NCBI GenBank assembly: GCA_963693055.1
Contig: OY843751.1
Location: forward strand, 6,272,001 to 6,336,000
DNA from: a bacterium
Lineage (GTDB): Bacteria; Zhuqueibacterota; Zhuqueibacteria; Residuimicrobiales; Krinioviventaceae
Reading direction: 5' to 3'
DNA: 64,000 nt
The notes beneath the pieces were generated by a model that worked only from the letters and a program-made list of their open reading frames with translations, made no database searches and had not been told where the DNA came from. Made by a program: the position numbers and the translations under genes. Numbering within the stretch: the first letter of the stretch is position 1; every line of letters begins with the position of its first letter. Below are positions 39,590 to 49,716 of the stretch, piece by piece.

Positions 39590-40012
39590 ATGCAATTTAA
39601 AAAGAAAGCCCAGGCTGGAAGTGGAATTTCAACCGCATCAATGCCAGATATCATTTTCATGCTGTTGATCTTTTTTATGGTTTGCACAGTTATTAAATCT
39701 TCAAACGGACTCAATGTGATTTTACCTGACGCACAAAAGATTGAAAAATTGCCCGGTAAGCGGGGAGTTGGAGTGATTTGGGCTGACCGTGCAGGTAATC
39801 TGACCATTGATGACCGGTTTTTGAATCCGAATGATATCAGTGGTGTGATTTACCAAAAGGCCATTGATCTTACAAGCCCGCTCAAGATTGTATCTTTAAA
39901 GATAGACAATCAGGTAGCAATGGAACGCGTAACCCAAATACATGAAGAATTGAGAAAAGTAGGAGAAGCTGCGTTGAATGTTAATTATTCTGCAAAAACC
40001 GCGGCGGATTAA
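39590..40012 (+). CDS. exbD: ExbD/TolR family protein (copy 2b)
   Basis: Near-duplicate of 37810-38232. Confidence 0.9.
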   Translation: MQFKKKAQAGSGISTASMPDIIFMLLIFFMVCTVIKSSNGLNVILPDAQKIEKLPGKRGVGVIWADRAGNLTIDDRFLNPNDISGVIYQKAIDLTSPLKIVSLKIDNQVAMERVTQIHEELRKVGEAALNVNYSAKTAAD

Positions 40013-40164
40013 TTGAAAAGGAATCTGTTTGACCGTGTTTGGGTAGATCTGTAATTCAAGCATGTTAGCCAAATAGACAGGGAAGGATACAAAATAGAGA
40101 GCGATCCATACAGGATCCGGAAACCCGGCACAAAGCCGGAGATCAAAATTGAAAGGAGTATCCT

Positions 40165-40809
40165 ATGAAATTTGCTAACAAAGAATTTAAAAGCCGCTAC
40201 CAACGCAACTTTGAACTGTCTCTGGTTTTGTCTTTGGTATTTCTGATTGCCGTTTTTCAAGGCTGGAAACAGTTTGAACATGAGGCTAATGTTGTAATTC
40301 CGGAATTTGACAAACCTATCTATGCCGAGAACATTCGTACTGTTTATCCCCAAAAAATACCCAAACCCTCCAGGCCAGCTATTCCGGTAGAGACTGATGA
40401 TCCGGATGTACCTATTGATGCTACAATTGAAGGTAATAGCAAATTTATTACCAATATTGTTCCACCACCGCCACCATTTAATCCTGAAAAGGAAAAGATT
40501 GACAATGATCCTTTTATCAGTTATGATGAACCACCTACACCAGTTGGTGGATTTATGGCTATTCAACGCAAGGTTGTGTATCCTGAAATTGCCCGCAAAG
40601 CTGGTGTAGAAGGTAGAGTGGTTGTTAAATGTTTGATTGATGAACGTGGAAACGTTATTGAAACTCAAATTCTTCAATCTCTGGGCAACAATGGATGTGA
40701 TGAGGCAGCCATTACAGCGGTTCGTTCTGTAAAATGGAAAGCCGCTATGCAGAGAGATAAACCGGTCAAAGTTTGGATTTCTGTACCTATTACATTCAGA
40801 TTGAAATAA
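40165..40809 (+). CDS. tonB: TonB family energy transducer (copy 2)
   Basis: Paralogue of 38244-38894 with conserved C-terminal domain and diverged linker. Confidence 0.92.
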   Translation: MKFANKEFKSRYQRNFELSLVLSLVFLIAVFQGWKQFEHEANVVIPEFDKPIYAENIRTVYPQKIPKPSRPAIPVETDDPDVPIDATIEGNSKFITNIVPPPPPFNPEKEKIDNDPFISYDEPPTPVGGFMAIQRKVVYPEIARKAGVEGRVVVKCLIDERGNVIETQILQSLGNNGCDEAAITAVRSVKWKAAMQRDKPVKVWISVPITFRLK

Positions 40810-40817
40810 TCGAATTT

Positions 40818-40848
40818 AAAGACAAGGGCTTCAAGCCCTTGTCTTTTT
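40818..40848 (+). terminator. Intrinsic terminator after tonB copy 2
   Basis: AAAGACAAGGGCTT-C-AAGCCCTTGTCTTT plus a T run. Confidence 0.85.
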
Positions 40849-41026
40849 TATATTTCCTGCCAGATATGAATAATTCATGTTTCATAATTGTTTAGATGGA
40901 AACTGTTCATTTCTAAATAGTATTGTATAAATTGATCATTCCCCTCTTGTTGGTACTTGCCGAATAATTTTCAGTTATCCTGTTGAATCAATACTATAAT
41001 CCTATAACATTTATTAAAAACAGTGT

Positions 41027-44000
41027 ATGAGGTATATTATGAAGTTTCGTAGTATATTCATTTTTCTGTTTAGTCTGAGTGTATGCATAAACACAATGGC
41101 TCAGAGTGTTTTGTCTGGCAGAGTTTACAAAGGAACTACAGGAACAGAACCCCCGGTTTCAGAGCCAATTGCAGGTGCAAGAGTTTGGCTTTTGGGTGCC
41201 AATAATCCTTCCATCTCTACAGCATATCTGGTGGATAGTACATATACAAATTCCGCCGGCTGGTTTGGTTTAAATGTTCGGCAGATTTGCGAGTTTTATT
41301 TTATTAAAGAAATTGATCCTCCTGGTTATACCTCCAAAGGTGCTACTACAGTCAGCGGAACTGTTATAAATAATAATGTAATACAATACGATTACCCCCT
41401 GGATAACAAGACATTGACAGGTAACAAGTTCTGGGACGATACCTCGGGAAGCAGCAATAATCCTCCGGTTGCTGATGCCGGAGGACCCTATACAGCAACG
41501 GTAGGTCAATGGATTACGCTAGTAGGTTCCGGCAGTTATGATCCTGATGCTGGAGATAAAATTGTTTCATACGAGTGGGACTGTAATCTGGATGGTGTTT
41601 ATAATGGTGCGGGTGATGTGACCTGTATTTATGGAGACACGCTATTTGCCTGGTACAGTCCATATTCAGGTAATATTAGATTACGTGTAACAGACACACA
41701 TGGTGCAACAGATACCGATCTGGCATCTGTTAATATATATCAGGAATCATCCCAGTATGAATATGACTTTGGCGATGCACCTTCTCCTTTTAAAACCCTG
41801 CTTGCTGACGGCGGTCGATATTTTACTGTAGATACTTTATTGTTTATGGGGCAATCGGTTGATATAGATACAGACGGTCAACCAACTGCACAGGCCAAAG
41901 GAGATGATAATGACGGTAATGATGATGAAGATGGGGTGATTTTTACAACATTGTTAATACCCGGGACCGTTGCCTCGTTCTCTGTCGATATCAGTAATTC
42001 ATCACCTTTTGCACAGCCGCAACTTGAAGCATATATAGATTTTGATGGTAATGGCACCTGGGAAGTACAGGAACGAATAGTAGATCAATCCATAACACCC
42101 GCGATCCAGAGTACGCTAAATTTTAGTGTACCTTTTTCTGCAGTAGCGGGTAATACATTTGCAAGATTTGTAGTTTATGATAAAGGCCCGGTACCACCAA
42201 ATGGAACACCTATTGGTGAAATTGAAGATTATATGGTGAATATTGAATACGAAACAGAGGGAGGTTCTATCATTGTACACAAAATTGCTGATCCCGCTGA
42301 TGGTACCCCCTTCCAGTTTACGGGAGATTTGGGATCTTTTACTTTGATTGATCCTTCTAGTCCACAAAAAATATTTACAGGCATCAATGCTGGGAAATAC
42401 AAAATATATGAAACAGATATTCCCGGATGGCTCTGGTTTGCCTTGGGATTGGCTGGAAATTCATTTAGCGGAGTTCAGATTGACTGGGCCAATCATTTCA
42501 TGGAAGTGGATTATGATGCCTCCGGTGATCTCAATTTATACTTTTTTAATATGGCCGAACCCGGCCTTGATTTTGGAGATGCTCCCGATGCATATAAAAC
42601 AACACTTGCCTCTAATGGGGCCTATCACTTGCCCGGTGAAGTCATGTTGGGCCAGCGTATAGATACGGAACCGGATGGCCAACCTTCTTCACAGGCAAAC
42701 CAGGATGATCTGAATGATAATGACGATGAAGACGGTGTTACGTTTACTACTACACTCGTCAAGGGCCAGGCTGCAACAGTGCAGGTTGATGTTTCAGGTC
42801 CCCCCGGACTGTTGGGCTCCTTGGCCGGTTGGGTCGATTTTAATGGTGATCAGGTTTTTGATAATATCACAGAGAAAGTGGTTGACGATGTTATTACCAC
42901 AAATGGAGCAGTCATTAATAAAACCTATACGATCAATGTTCCTTCCAGTGCGGTTATTGGAACAGCCTATGCGAGATTTAGAGTCTATCAGACCGAACCG
43001 TTGATGCAGATTGTAACTTTTCCTGAAGGGGCTGGTGGCATTGGAGAAGTTGAAGATTATGTTGTTACGATATCCGATAGTGATGAGGAACTGGATTGGG
43101 GAGACGCCCCGTTACCCTATCCTGAAGCTAGTCATTCTATTGGATTGGTTTGGCTGGGTGATTCGTTTGATCAACCGGATGCTGAAACATCAATGCAGCG
43201 TCACCCGGATGCATTGGGCGACGATAATGATGCTCAGGGAGATGATGAAAACGGATTGATTGATGCTATACTGGTACATCCTGATAAGGGATGGAGTATG
43301 TTAAAATTAAAAGGACAGACAATAAGCGACAGTATTAAAGTGGCAATGTGGTTGGATATTAATATGGATGATGACTGGGATGATGTGGGTGAAGAAATTT
43401 TGAGTTTTGCGGTTTTGTGGGGAGCAACACCGGGACCGTTCCCGGCAGGAAGTACCTGGGTTGAAGCGGCTGTTATATTTAAAATGCCGGCTGGTACACA
43501 AACCGGAGTAACCTTTGCAAGATTGCGTGCAATGAATGGTTTTAATAATCCCATTCCTGTAAGCGGATATGTGGAAACAGGCGAAGTTGAAGATTATGTT
43601 TTGGATATTATTAATGATGATTCACCTGTTCCGGAGGGTGGTTTTACCCACGGTTACAAGTGGAATGATCTCAATGGTAATGGAATTAAAGATGCTGGTG
43701 AACCGGGATTGTCCGGTTGGGAGATCTGGCTGGATGCAAATAAAAATGGTGTTGAGGATGCCGGAGATAAATATGCTATAACCGATGCACAGGGGCATTT
43801 CGAGTTTACCGGTCTTGAGCAGGGTGATTATATTGTTGGGGAAAAATTGGAATCCGGATGGGTGCAAACTTATCCGGCATCACCCGGAACGCACACGGTT
43901 CAGGTTGTGCCGGGACAGTTGATGCAGGCTGTCTGGTTTGGCAATCATAAAGAAGGTGGCAGCGGTGGTGAAGGATTTTTAAAATGGAGTCAACGCCCTA

Positions 44001-45451
44001 TACTGGGCAAGATGGAAGCGGATTCTGTTTGCTTTGCCGGTTGGTCTGAGCCCTCCTTGATCGACAGGGAAGGCCCAAAAGTTGTGTTGGCAGATGATTG
44101 GTTTTGTGCGGATAATAATCCTGTTACCGGAATTCGATGGTGGGGAGTATATGCCGGATGGGATTCTCTGCAAACACCGGATTATGCTCCGGAAGCATTC
44201 CATGTTGGCATCTGGCAGGATGTTCCTGCTGGAGTGGATAGTGCGTGGAGTCATCCCGGGGAATTGGTGAGATCTTGGTTGTTGGAGCAGTCACAGGTGA
44301 ATGAACACTGGGTACGCTGTCAAAGCGGTGATGGAATGTTTCATGATGAATGTTTAACGGCATTTGAATATTTTTTCAGCATTCCTGCTGACGAGTGGTT
44401 TCTGCAGGAAACGGATTCCACAGTATGGTGGCTTAGTGTAGCCGCAGTCTATGATTCAATACCACCTGAAGATCATGAACGATGGTATCCCTGGACATGG
44501 TTGACTCGGGAACATTATTTTGGTGATGATGCAATCGTAATGCCCCCACCTTTGGATCTTGAACCGGGAGCAATACCCGAATCTCATTTCCCGCTAGCAG
44601 AGATGTGGGATTTATCTTTCGAGCTGACGACGGATCTGGATTTTCGCATGTTTGATTTTGGTGATGCTCCAGACCATTACGGAACATTGCTTGAGCATAA
44701 CGGGGCACAGCATGCTTATGATCCTGATGTGTATATGGGTAACCGAATTGACGTAGAAGATGATGGTATGCCGCATGATGAATTGTTGGGTGATGACATG
44801 AATGATCAGGATGATGAAGATGGTGTTGAAATGATAAATATTGCAGGTCCGGGTGAAATTGCAGAGATCAGAGTAAAGCTTTCAAAAAGCGGATATTTGA
44901 GTGTCTGGGCAGACTATGATCGAAATGGTGTATGGTATGAAGAGGATAATAATGTATTCTATAATTTCATACTCCCTGCGGGTAGTCATGATCTGAGTTT
45001 TTTAATCCCCGAATATGTTGAGCCGGGGCAGGTAGCAACGCGTTTCCGTTTTTCTACTCGACCCAATCTCTGGTTTAACGGATATGCAGTTGACGGAGAA
45101 GTTGAGGATTACCTGATGGAAATTGCAGAACCGGTATCTGTTAGGGATGAGCAGATAAAGAGCAAGCTTCCGCAGGAATACATATTGTATCCTAATGTTC
45201 CGAATCCATTTAATCCTGAAACGCAGATCCGATACGATCTGCCTGAGCAATCTCGAGTTGTGTTGCTTGTATATAATATTATGGGACAAAAGATTGTAGA
45301 GCTGGTTAACGCTGATCAGCCGGCAGGGAGATATAGCTTTAACTGGAATGCTTGTGATCAGTACGGGAAACCGGTGTCAACCGGTGTTTACCTGTATCGT
45401 ATGCAAACGGAAACATTTAGCATGACACGGAAAATGATATTGATACGATAA
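41027..45451 (+). CDS. Large secreted surface protein: PKD-like domain, four DFGDAP...GEVED repeats, SdrD-B-like domain, T9SS-like CTD
   Basis: Signal peptide; NNPPVADAGGPY; four D[F/W]GDAP...GE[V/I]EDY units; KWNDLNGNGIKDAGEPGL; C-terminal NVPNPFNPET...TGVYLYRM...KMILIR. Confidence 0.85.
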   Translation: MRYIMKFRSIFIFLFSLSVCINTMAQSVLSGRVYKGTTGTEPPVSEPIAGARVWLLGANNPSISTAYLVDSTYTNSAGWFGLNVRQICEFYFIKEIDPPGYTSKGATTVSGTVINNNVIQYDYPLDNKTLTGNKFWDDTSGSSNNPPVADAGGPYTATVGQWITLVGSGSYDPDAGDKIVSYEWDCNLDGVYNGAGDVTCIYGDTLFAWYSPYSGNIRLRVTDTHGATDTDLASVNIYQESSQYEYDFGDAPSPFKTLLADGGRYFTVDTLLFMGQSVDIDTDGQPTAQAKGDDNDGNDDEDGVIFTTLLIPGTVASFSVDISNSSPFAQPQLEAYIDFDGNGTWEVQERIVDQSITPAIQSTLNFSVPFSAVAGNTFARFVVYDKGPVPPNGTPIGEIEDYMVNIEYETEGGSIIVHKIADPADGTPFQFTGDLGSFTLIDPSSPQKIFTGINAGKYKIYETDIPGWLWFALGLAGNSFSGVQIDWANHFMEVDYDASGDLNLYFFNMAEPGLDFGDAPDAYKTTLASNGAYHLPGEVMLGQRIDTEPDGQPSSQANQDDLNDNDDEDGVTFTTTLVKGQAATVQVDVSGPPGLLGSLAGWVDFNGDQVFDNITEKVVDDVITTNGAVINKTYTINVPSSAVIGTAYARFRVYQTEPLMQIVTFPEGAGGIGEVEDYVVTISDSDEELDWGDAPLPYPEASHSIGLVWLGDSFDQPDAETSMQRHPDALGDDNDAQGDDENGLIDAILVHPDKGWSMLKLKGQTISDSIKVAMWLDINMDDDWDDVGEEILSFAVLWGATPGPFPAGSTWVEAAVIFKMPAGTQTGVTFARLRAMNGFNNPIPVSGYVETGEVEDYVLDIINDDSPVPEGGFTHGYKWNDLNGNGIKDAGEPGLSGWEIWLDANKNGVEDAGDKYAITDAQGHFEFTGLEQGDYIVGEKLESGWVQTYPASPGTHTVQVVPGQLMQAVWFGNHKEGGSGGEGFLKWSQRPILGKMEADSVCFAGWSEPSLIDREGPKVVLADDWFCADNNPVTGIRWWGVYAGWDSLQTPDYAPEAFHVGIWQDVPAGVDSAWSHPGELVRSWLLEQSQVNEHWVRCQSGDGMFHDECLTAFEYFFSIPADEWFLQETDSTVWWLSVAAVYDSIPPEDHERWYPWTWLTREHYFGDDAIVMPPPLDLEPGAIPESHFPLAEMWDLSFELTTDLDFRMFDFGDAPDHYGTLLEHNGAQHAYDPDVYMGNRIDVEDDGMPHDELLGDDMNDQDDEDGVEMINIAGPGEIAEIRVKLSKSGYLSVWADYDRNGVWYEEDNNVFYNFILPAGSHDLSFLIPEYVEPGQVATRFRFSTRPNLWFNGYAVDGEVEDYLMEIAEPVSVRDEQIKSKLPQEYILYPNVPNPFNPETQIRYDLPEQSRVVLLVYNIMGQKIVELVNADQPAGRYSFNWNACDQYGKPVSTGVYLYRMQTETFSMTRKMILIR

Positions 45452-45537
45452 AATTTGAGGTGGTATCAGTGAATGATTGAAATGAAAATTTAGTTACCGC
45501 ATTAAAAGTGTATTTTACTTGACTGCTACTAGGGGCT

Positions 45538-45572
45538 AGTCACTCTGATTAATAATTAGAGTGACTTTTTTT
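45538..45572 (+). terminator. Intrinsic terminator after the GEVED protein gene
   Basis: AGTCACTCTGATT-AAT-AATTAGAGTGACT plus a T run. Confidence 0.75.
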
Positions 45573-45722
45573 AACTGGTAATATGTTAATATAATTATAC
45601 CTATTGTTATGCAAAAACATGCATGTTAGATTAATGCTTTTATAATTCTTGTTATTGCTGCATTCCTACAGTATATTAAATTACAAGGGAAAAGAAATAC
45701 AAAAATCTTGAGGAGTATCGGT

Positions 45723-48700
45723 GTGATAAAACCTAGGATTTTGATTGTTGAAGATGAACTTATTGTAGCCCGGGATATCAAAAACATTTTAGATAGTGCA
45801 GGTTATTCTATACCTGCAATTTTTTCTTGTGGTATTGATCTCATTGATTTTGTGAAAAAGGATACTCCGGACTTGATATTAATGGATATCAAGTTAAAAG
45901 GGGAAATTGATGGTATCGAAACAACACGTCAGGTTAAAACAGTCTGCGATGTTCCTATTGTGTACATGACGGCAAATGTTGATAAAGATATAATGGAACG
46001 AGCAAAAAAAACCGCACCACACGGCTTTATATACAAACCTATACAGGTTGATATGATCAAAAATGCGATAGAGATGGCTCTATACAAGCATGAAAGGGAA
46101 AAAGAGTTATATGAACAAAACGTATGGTTAAATGCTACTTTGAATTCAATAGGGGATGCTGTAATAACAGCCAACACTGAAGGAAATATTACTTTTATTA
46201 ATCCAATTGCGGCCAAGTTATCCGGATGGAGTTATGACAAGTGTAAGGGCTTGCCATTAACTGATATTTTCAAAATAATTAATTCTGCAACACACGGCCT
46301 CGCTGATAATCCTGTCAAGTGGTATATTGAAACAGGAGAGATTTCTGATTCGATAAAAAAAACAAGGCTAACTAGTAAGAGTGGTAAAGAATTTCAGATT
46401 TCTGATAGTTCATCACCCATATTGAATTCAAAAGGTGAGGTTATTGGATTTGTTTTGGTTTTTAGAGAGACAATGCCAGTACAGGAAATACAAAATGAGC
46501 TTGTTGAGAGCGAAAAAAAATACAAGACACTATTTAATTCAATGCTTGAAGGAGTTTGCCTGCACCAGATTATTTATGATGAATCCGGGAATGCTGTTGA
46601 TTATAAAATAATGGATGTGAACACAAAATTTGAACAAATTCTGGCTTTTAAAAAAGCGGATGTTGTAAATAGAAAAGCAACTGAAATTTACCAAACAAAT
46701 ATACCTCCCTATCTTGACATCTATGCAAAGGTTGCCCAAACCGGTGAACCTACCGAGTTTGAAACGTTCTATGAACCTTTGAACAAGTATTTTCTTATTT
46801 CAGTTTTTTCCCATGGTAAGGAAAAGTTTGCAACTGTTTTTGAAGATATTACTGACAAAAAGCGAGCAGAATTAAAAATAGCAAATAATGAAAAATATTT
46901 ACATAATATTTTTCAAACGGTTATTGACGGATTTTGGATAATAGACACAAATGGAAATCTTGTTGATGCAAATAATGCGTATTTAAAAATGACGGGCTAT
47001 TCTCGTGATGAACTTTTAAAATTCAAGATTAATGATCTGGACGCTATGGAAAGCCCGGGCGATACCCGAAGGAGAATGGAAGAGATAATTGAAAATGGAA
47101 GTGAGATATTTGAAACTCAACTTTTACATAAAGATAATCATGTTATAGATATTGAAGTTTCTTCAACATATGCGGATTTTGATGGGGGACAATTTTTGTG
47201 TTTTGGTCGGGATATTACTGAACGTAAAAAAATGGAAATGGAACTCAAAGAGTCAAAGCTCTTTTTGGATAATATGTCTGACATTGCATATATTGCTGAT
47301 GTAAATGGTAATATTGTTTGGGTTAATGCGGCAAGTGAACGGGTTACAGGTTTGTCAAAAAAAGATGTCATTGGTAAAGCCTTTTTGCCGCTATTCATTG
47401 ATAAAGACCATCCGTCAATAAGAGATATGATCAAGAGAACGCTAAAAGGAGAATCACTTGAAAATACCATAACCTTTACCTCTGGAATAACATGTCTGGT
47501 TTCAAGTATTCCCAAAAGAAATGATAAAGGTGAAATAATTGGTACCTTTGGTATCGCAAGAGATATTACAGAACGTAAACGCATAGAGTCAGAACGTGAA
47601 ATCACCATTCGACTGCTTGAAATAATAAATGAGAAAAATGAATTGCGTGAATTGATGCAATCCGTATTAACATTTATGTTTGAACTGTCAGGTTGTGAGG
47701 CTGTAGGCATTCGTTTAAAAGAAGAACATGACTATCCCTATTATGAAATTCGGGGATTTTCTGAAAAATTTGTTAAAAAAGAAAAGTACTTGTGCGCAAA
47801 AGATTTAAAAGGTCAAATCTTAAAAGACGAAATTGGGAATCCGGTTCTTGAATGTATGTGCGGAAATGTTTTATGTTCACGATTTGATGCATCATTACCT
47901 TTTTTTACAGAACATGGTAGTTTTGTTTCAAACGGTACCACAAAGCTGTTAGCCACCACAACTGAAAAAGAACGTCAGGCACACACCCGAAATCGGTGCA
48001 ATGCTGAAGGATACGAATCTGTTATGCTGGTCCCTTTGCGGGCAGGAGGCGAAACCTTTGGTTTGCTTCAATTTAACGATCACAGAGAAGGGTGTTTTAC
48101 GGAACAGTTTGTGGACCAGGTTGAGCGAATGGCAGGAAATTTTTCAATTGCTCTGGCACAACGAAAAGCAGAAAAAGAGCTGAGTGAAAAGCAATATTTT
48201 TTAACCAAAGCGCAGGAAATTGGAAAAATCGGTACCTGGGAGCTGGATGTTATTGAAAATGTGTTAACCTGGACAGATGAAAATTACAAGATTTTTGGTG
48301 TACCATTGGGAACGAAATTGAATCTGGAAACATTTATGGAATGTGTTCACCCCGATGACAGAGAATATGTTGCACAGGAATGGACTGCAGCGTTGCATGG
48401 TGTGCCCTACGATATTGAACATCGCCTTTTAGTTAATGGTAAAGTAAAATGGGTGCATGAAAAGGCCAATGTGGAGTTTGATAAAAACGGTAATGCACTT
48501 TTGGGCATAGGCTTTACTCAAGATATTTCACAGTTGAAAATAGCTGAAGAAAAAATCAGGAAAAAGGATTTGGAATTCAGAAAGCTATCTCAACATTTGC
48601 CGGATATGATTTACCAATTTACCCGAAATCCGGATAGGAAATATAATATACCGATATCGTCGGAGGGTATTAAAAATATTTTTGGATGCACACCTAAAGA

Positions 48701-49556
48701 TGTAGTAGATTCATTTGAACCCATAGCAAGGGCCATTCATCCGGATGATCTTGATAGAGTGATTGAAACTATAGAAATCTCTGCAGAACAGCTATCTCCT
48801 TTTAGTTGTGAATATAGAGTGATTTTGCCGGAAAAAGGTGTACAGTGGATTTTGTCCAATTCTACTCCGGAAATGCTGCCCGATGGTTCAATTTCCTGGT
48901 TTGGATTTACAGTAAATATTACTGAACGCAAAAAATCAGAAGAGCAGATTAAAAAGGATTTATTAGAAAAAGAAGTATTAATTCGGGAGATCCATCACAG
49001 GGTCAAGAATAATTTGCAGGTCATCATCAGCTTGTTGAATCTTCAAGCTGAAAAGATTGAGGATCCGGAGATCAGGGATGTATTTAACCAAAGCCGCAAT
49101 CGTGTTTTCTCTATGGCAATGGTCCATGAACAGCTTTATCAGTCCAAAGAGTTGTCACATATTGAGATGCATTCGTATATAGAAACTATAGTACGGGATT
49201 TGAAAAATATGTATGCACCTCTCAAACACATCAAAAGTCATATTCAGGTAGATAGTATATATTTTGATGTTGTGCACGCCATTCCCTGTGGCTTGATCTT
49301 GAATGAGCTTGTAAGTAATGCTTACAAACACGCTTTTAAAACCAGAGATCTTGGTGAAATTACAGTCATGTTGGTTGCTAAATCTGGTAAACATATACTG
49401 GTTGTAAAAGATGATGGTGATGGCCTACCTGTAAATTTGGACCCAGAACACACAGATACATTGGGAATGCAATTGGTCAAGATGTTAACACTTCAATTAG
49501 AAGGGGAATTAAGTATAGAGAATAAAAAGGGGACATGTTTTACTGTAGAGTTTTAA
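45723..49556 (+). CDS. Cytoplasmic hybrid sensor kinase: REC, multiple PAS, GAF, HisKA_2, HATPase
   Basis: ILIVEDE..LMDI..KP receiver; repeated DITERK PAC ends; EIHHRVKNNLQ; ELVSNAYKHAF; DDGDG. GTG start after GAGGAG. Confidence 0.92.
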   Translation: MIKPRILIVEDELIVARDIKNILDSAGYSIPAIFSCGIDLIDFVKKDTPDLILMDIKLKGEIDGIETTRQVKTVCDVPIVYMTANVDKDIMERAKKTAPHGFIYKPIQVDMIKNAIEMALYKHEREKELYEQNVWLNATLNSIGDAVITANTEGNITFINPIAAKLSGWSYDKCKGLPLTDIFKIINSATHGLADNPVKWYIETGEISDSIKKTRLTSKSGKEFQISDSSSPILNSKGEVIGFVLVFRETMPVQEIQNELVESEKKYKTLFNSMLEGVCLHQIIYDESGNAVDYKIMDVNTKFEQILAFKKADVVNRKATEIYQTNIPPYLDIYAKVAQTGEPTEFETFYEPLNKYFLISVFSHGKEKFATVFEDITDKKRAELKIANNEKYLHNIFQTVIDGFWIIDTNGNLVDANNAYLKMTGYSRDELLKFKINDLDAMESPGDTRRRMEEIIENGSEIFETQLLHKDNHVIDIEVSSTYADFDGGQFLCFGRDITERKKMEMELKESKLFLDNMSDIAYIADVNGNIVWVNAASERVTGLSKKDVIGKAFLPLFIDKDHPSIRDMIKRTLKGESLENTITFTSGITCLVSSIPKRNDKGEIIGTFGIARDITERKRIESEREITIRLLEIINEKNELRELMQSVLTFMFELSGCEAVGIRLKEEHDYPYYEIRGFSEKFVKKEKYLCAKDLKGQILKDEIGNPVLECMCGNVLCSRFDASLPFFTEHGSFVSNGTTKLLATTTEKERQAHTRNRCNAEGYESVMLVPLRAGGETFGLLQFNDHREGCFTEQFVDQVERMAGNFSIALAQRKAEKELSEKQYFLTKAQEIGKIGTWELDVIENVLTWTDENYKIFGVPLGTKLNLETFMECVHPDDREYVAQEWTAALHGVPYDIEHRLLVNGKVKWVHEKANVEFDKNGNALLGIGFTQDISQLKIAEEKIRKKDLEFRKLSQHLPDMIYQFTRNPDRKYNIPISSEGIKNIFGCTPKDVVDSFEPIARAIHPDDLDRVIETIEISAEQLSPFSCEYRVILPEKGVQWILSNSTPEMLPDGSISWFGFTVNITERKKSEEQIKKDLLEKEVLIREIHHRVKNNLQVIISLLNLQAEKIEDPEIRDVFNQSRNRVFSMAMVHEQLYQSKELSHIEMHSYIETIVRDLKNMYAPLKHIKSHIQVDSIYFDVVHAIPCGLILNELVSNAYKHAFKTRDLGEITVMLVAKSGKHILVVKDDGDGLPVNLDPEHTDTLGMQLVKMLTLQLEGELSIENKKGTCFTVEF

Positions 49557-49716
49557 GAATAAAGAGGGTTCTTATCAGAAAAAATTTGTTTTAAAATTTG
49601 TGATCAGATAAGAGATCGTCATTGCAACATACCGTCCATATTATAAATTTAACTTGAGAAATACCCCATAATTGTGTTAATTAGAAAAGAGGTTGATTCT
49701 ATAAATATGGTGTTTT

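Larger units (their letters stand above)
37363..40809 (+). repeat. Tandem duplication of the exbD-exbD-tonB block (37363-38894 vs 39146-40809)
   Basis: Same gene order and long identical peptide stretches; DNA differs mostly at synonymous sites. Confidence 0.9.

Noticed and set aside
40100-40150. GGCACAAAGCC resembling part of a c-di-GMP-I riboswitch
   Set aside because: The upstream GGCAAAC/GAAA-tetraloop P2 arrangement is not present; kept only as an unclassified structured leader.
40009-40677. 222-aa minus-strand ORF, and similar shadow ORFs such as 19401-20003, 28911-29471 and 47138-47710
   Set aside because: They lie antisense to well-supported genes and show no recognisable motifs.
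41760-45120. Recurring GA(C/T)TTTGG.GATGC / GAAGTTGAAGATTAT words as a possible CRISPR or DNA repeat array
   Set aside because: They are coding repeats of the DFGDAP/GEVED protein domains, irregularly spaced and degenerate at third codon positions.
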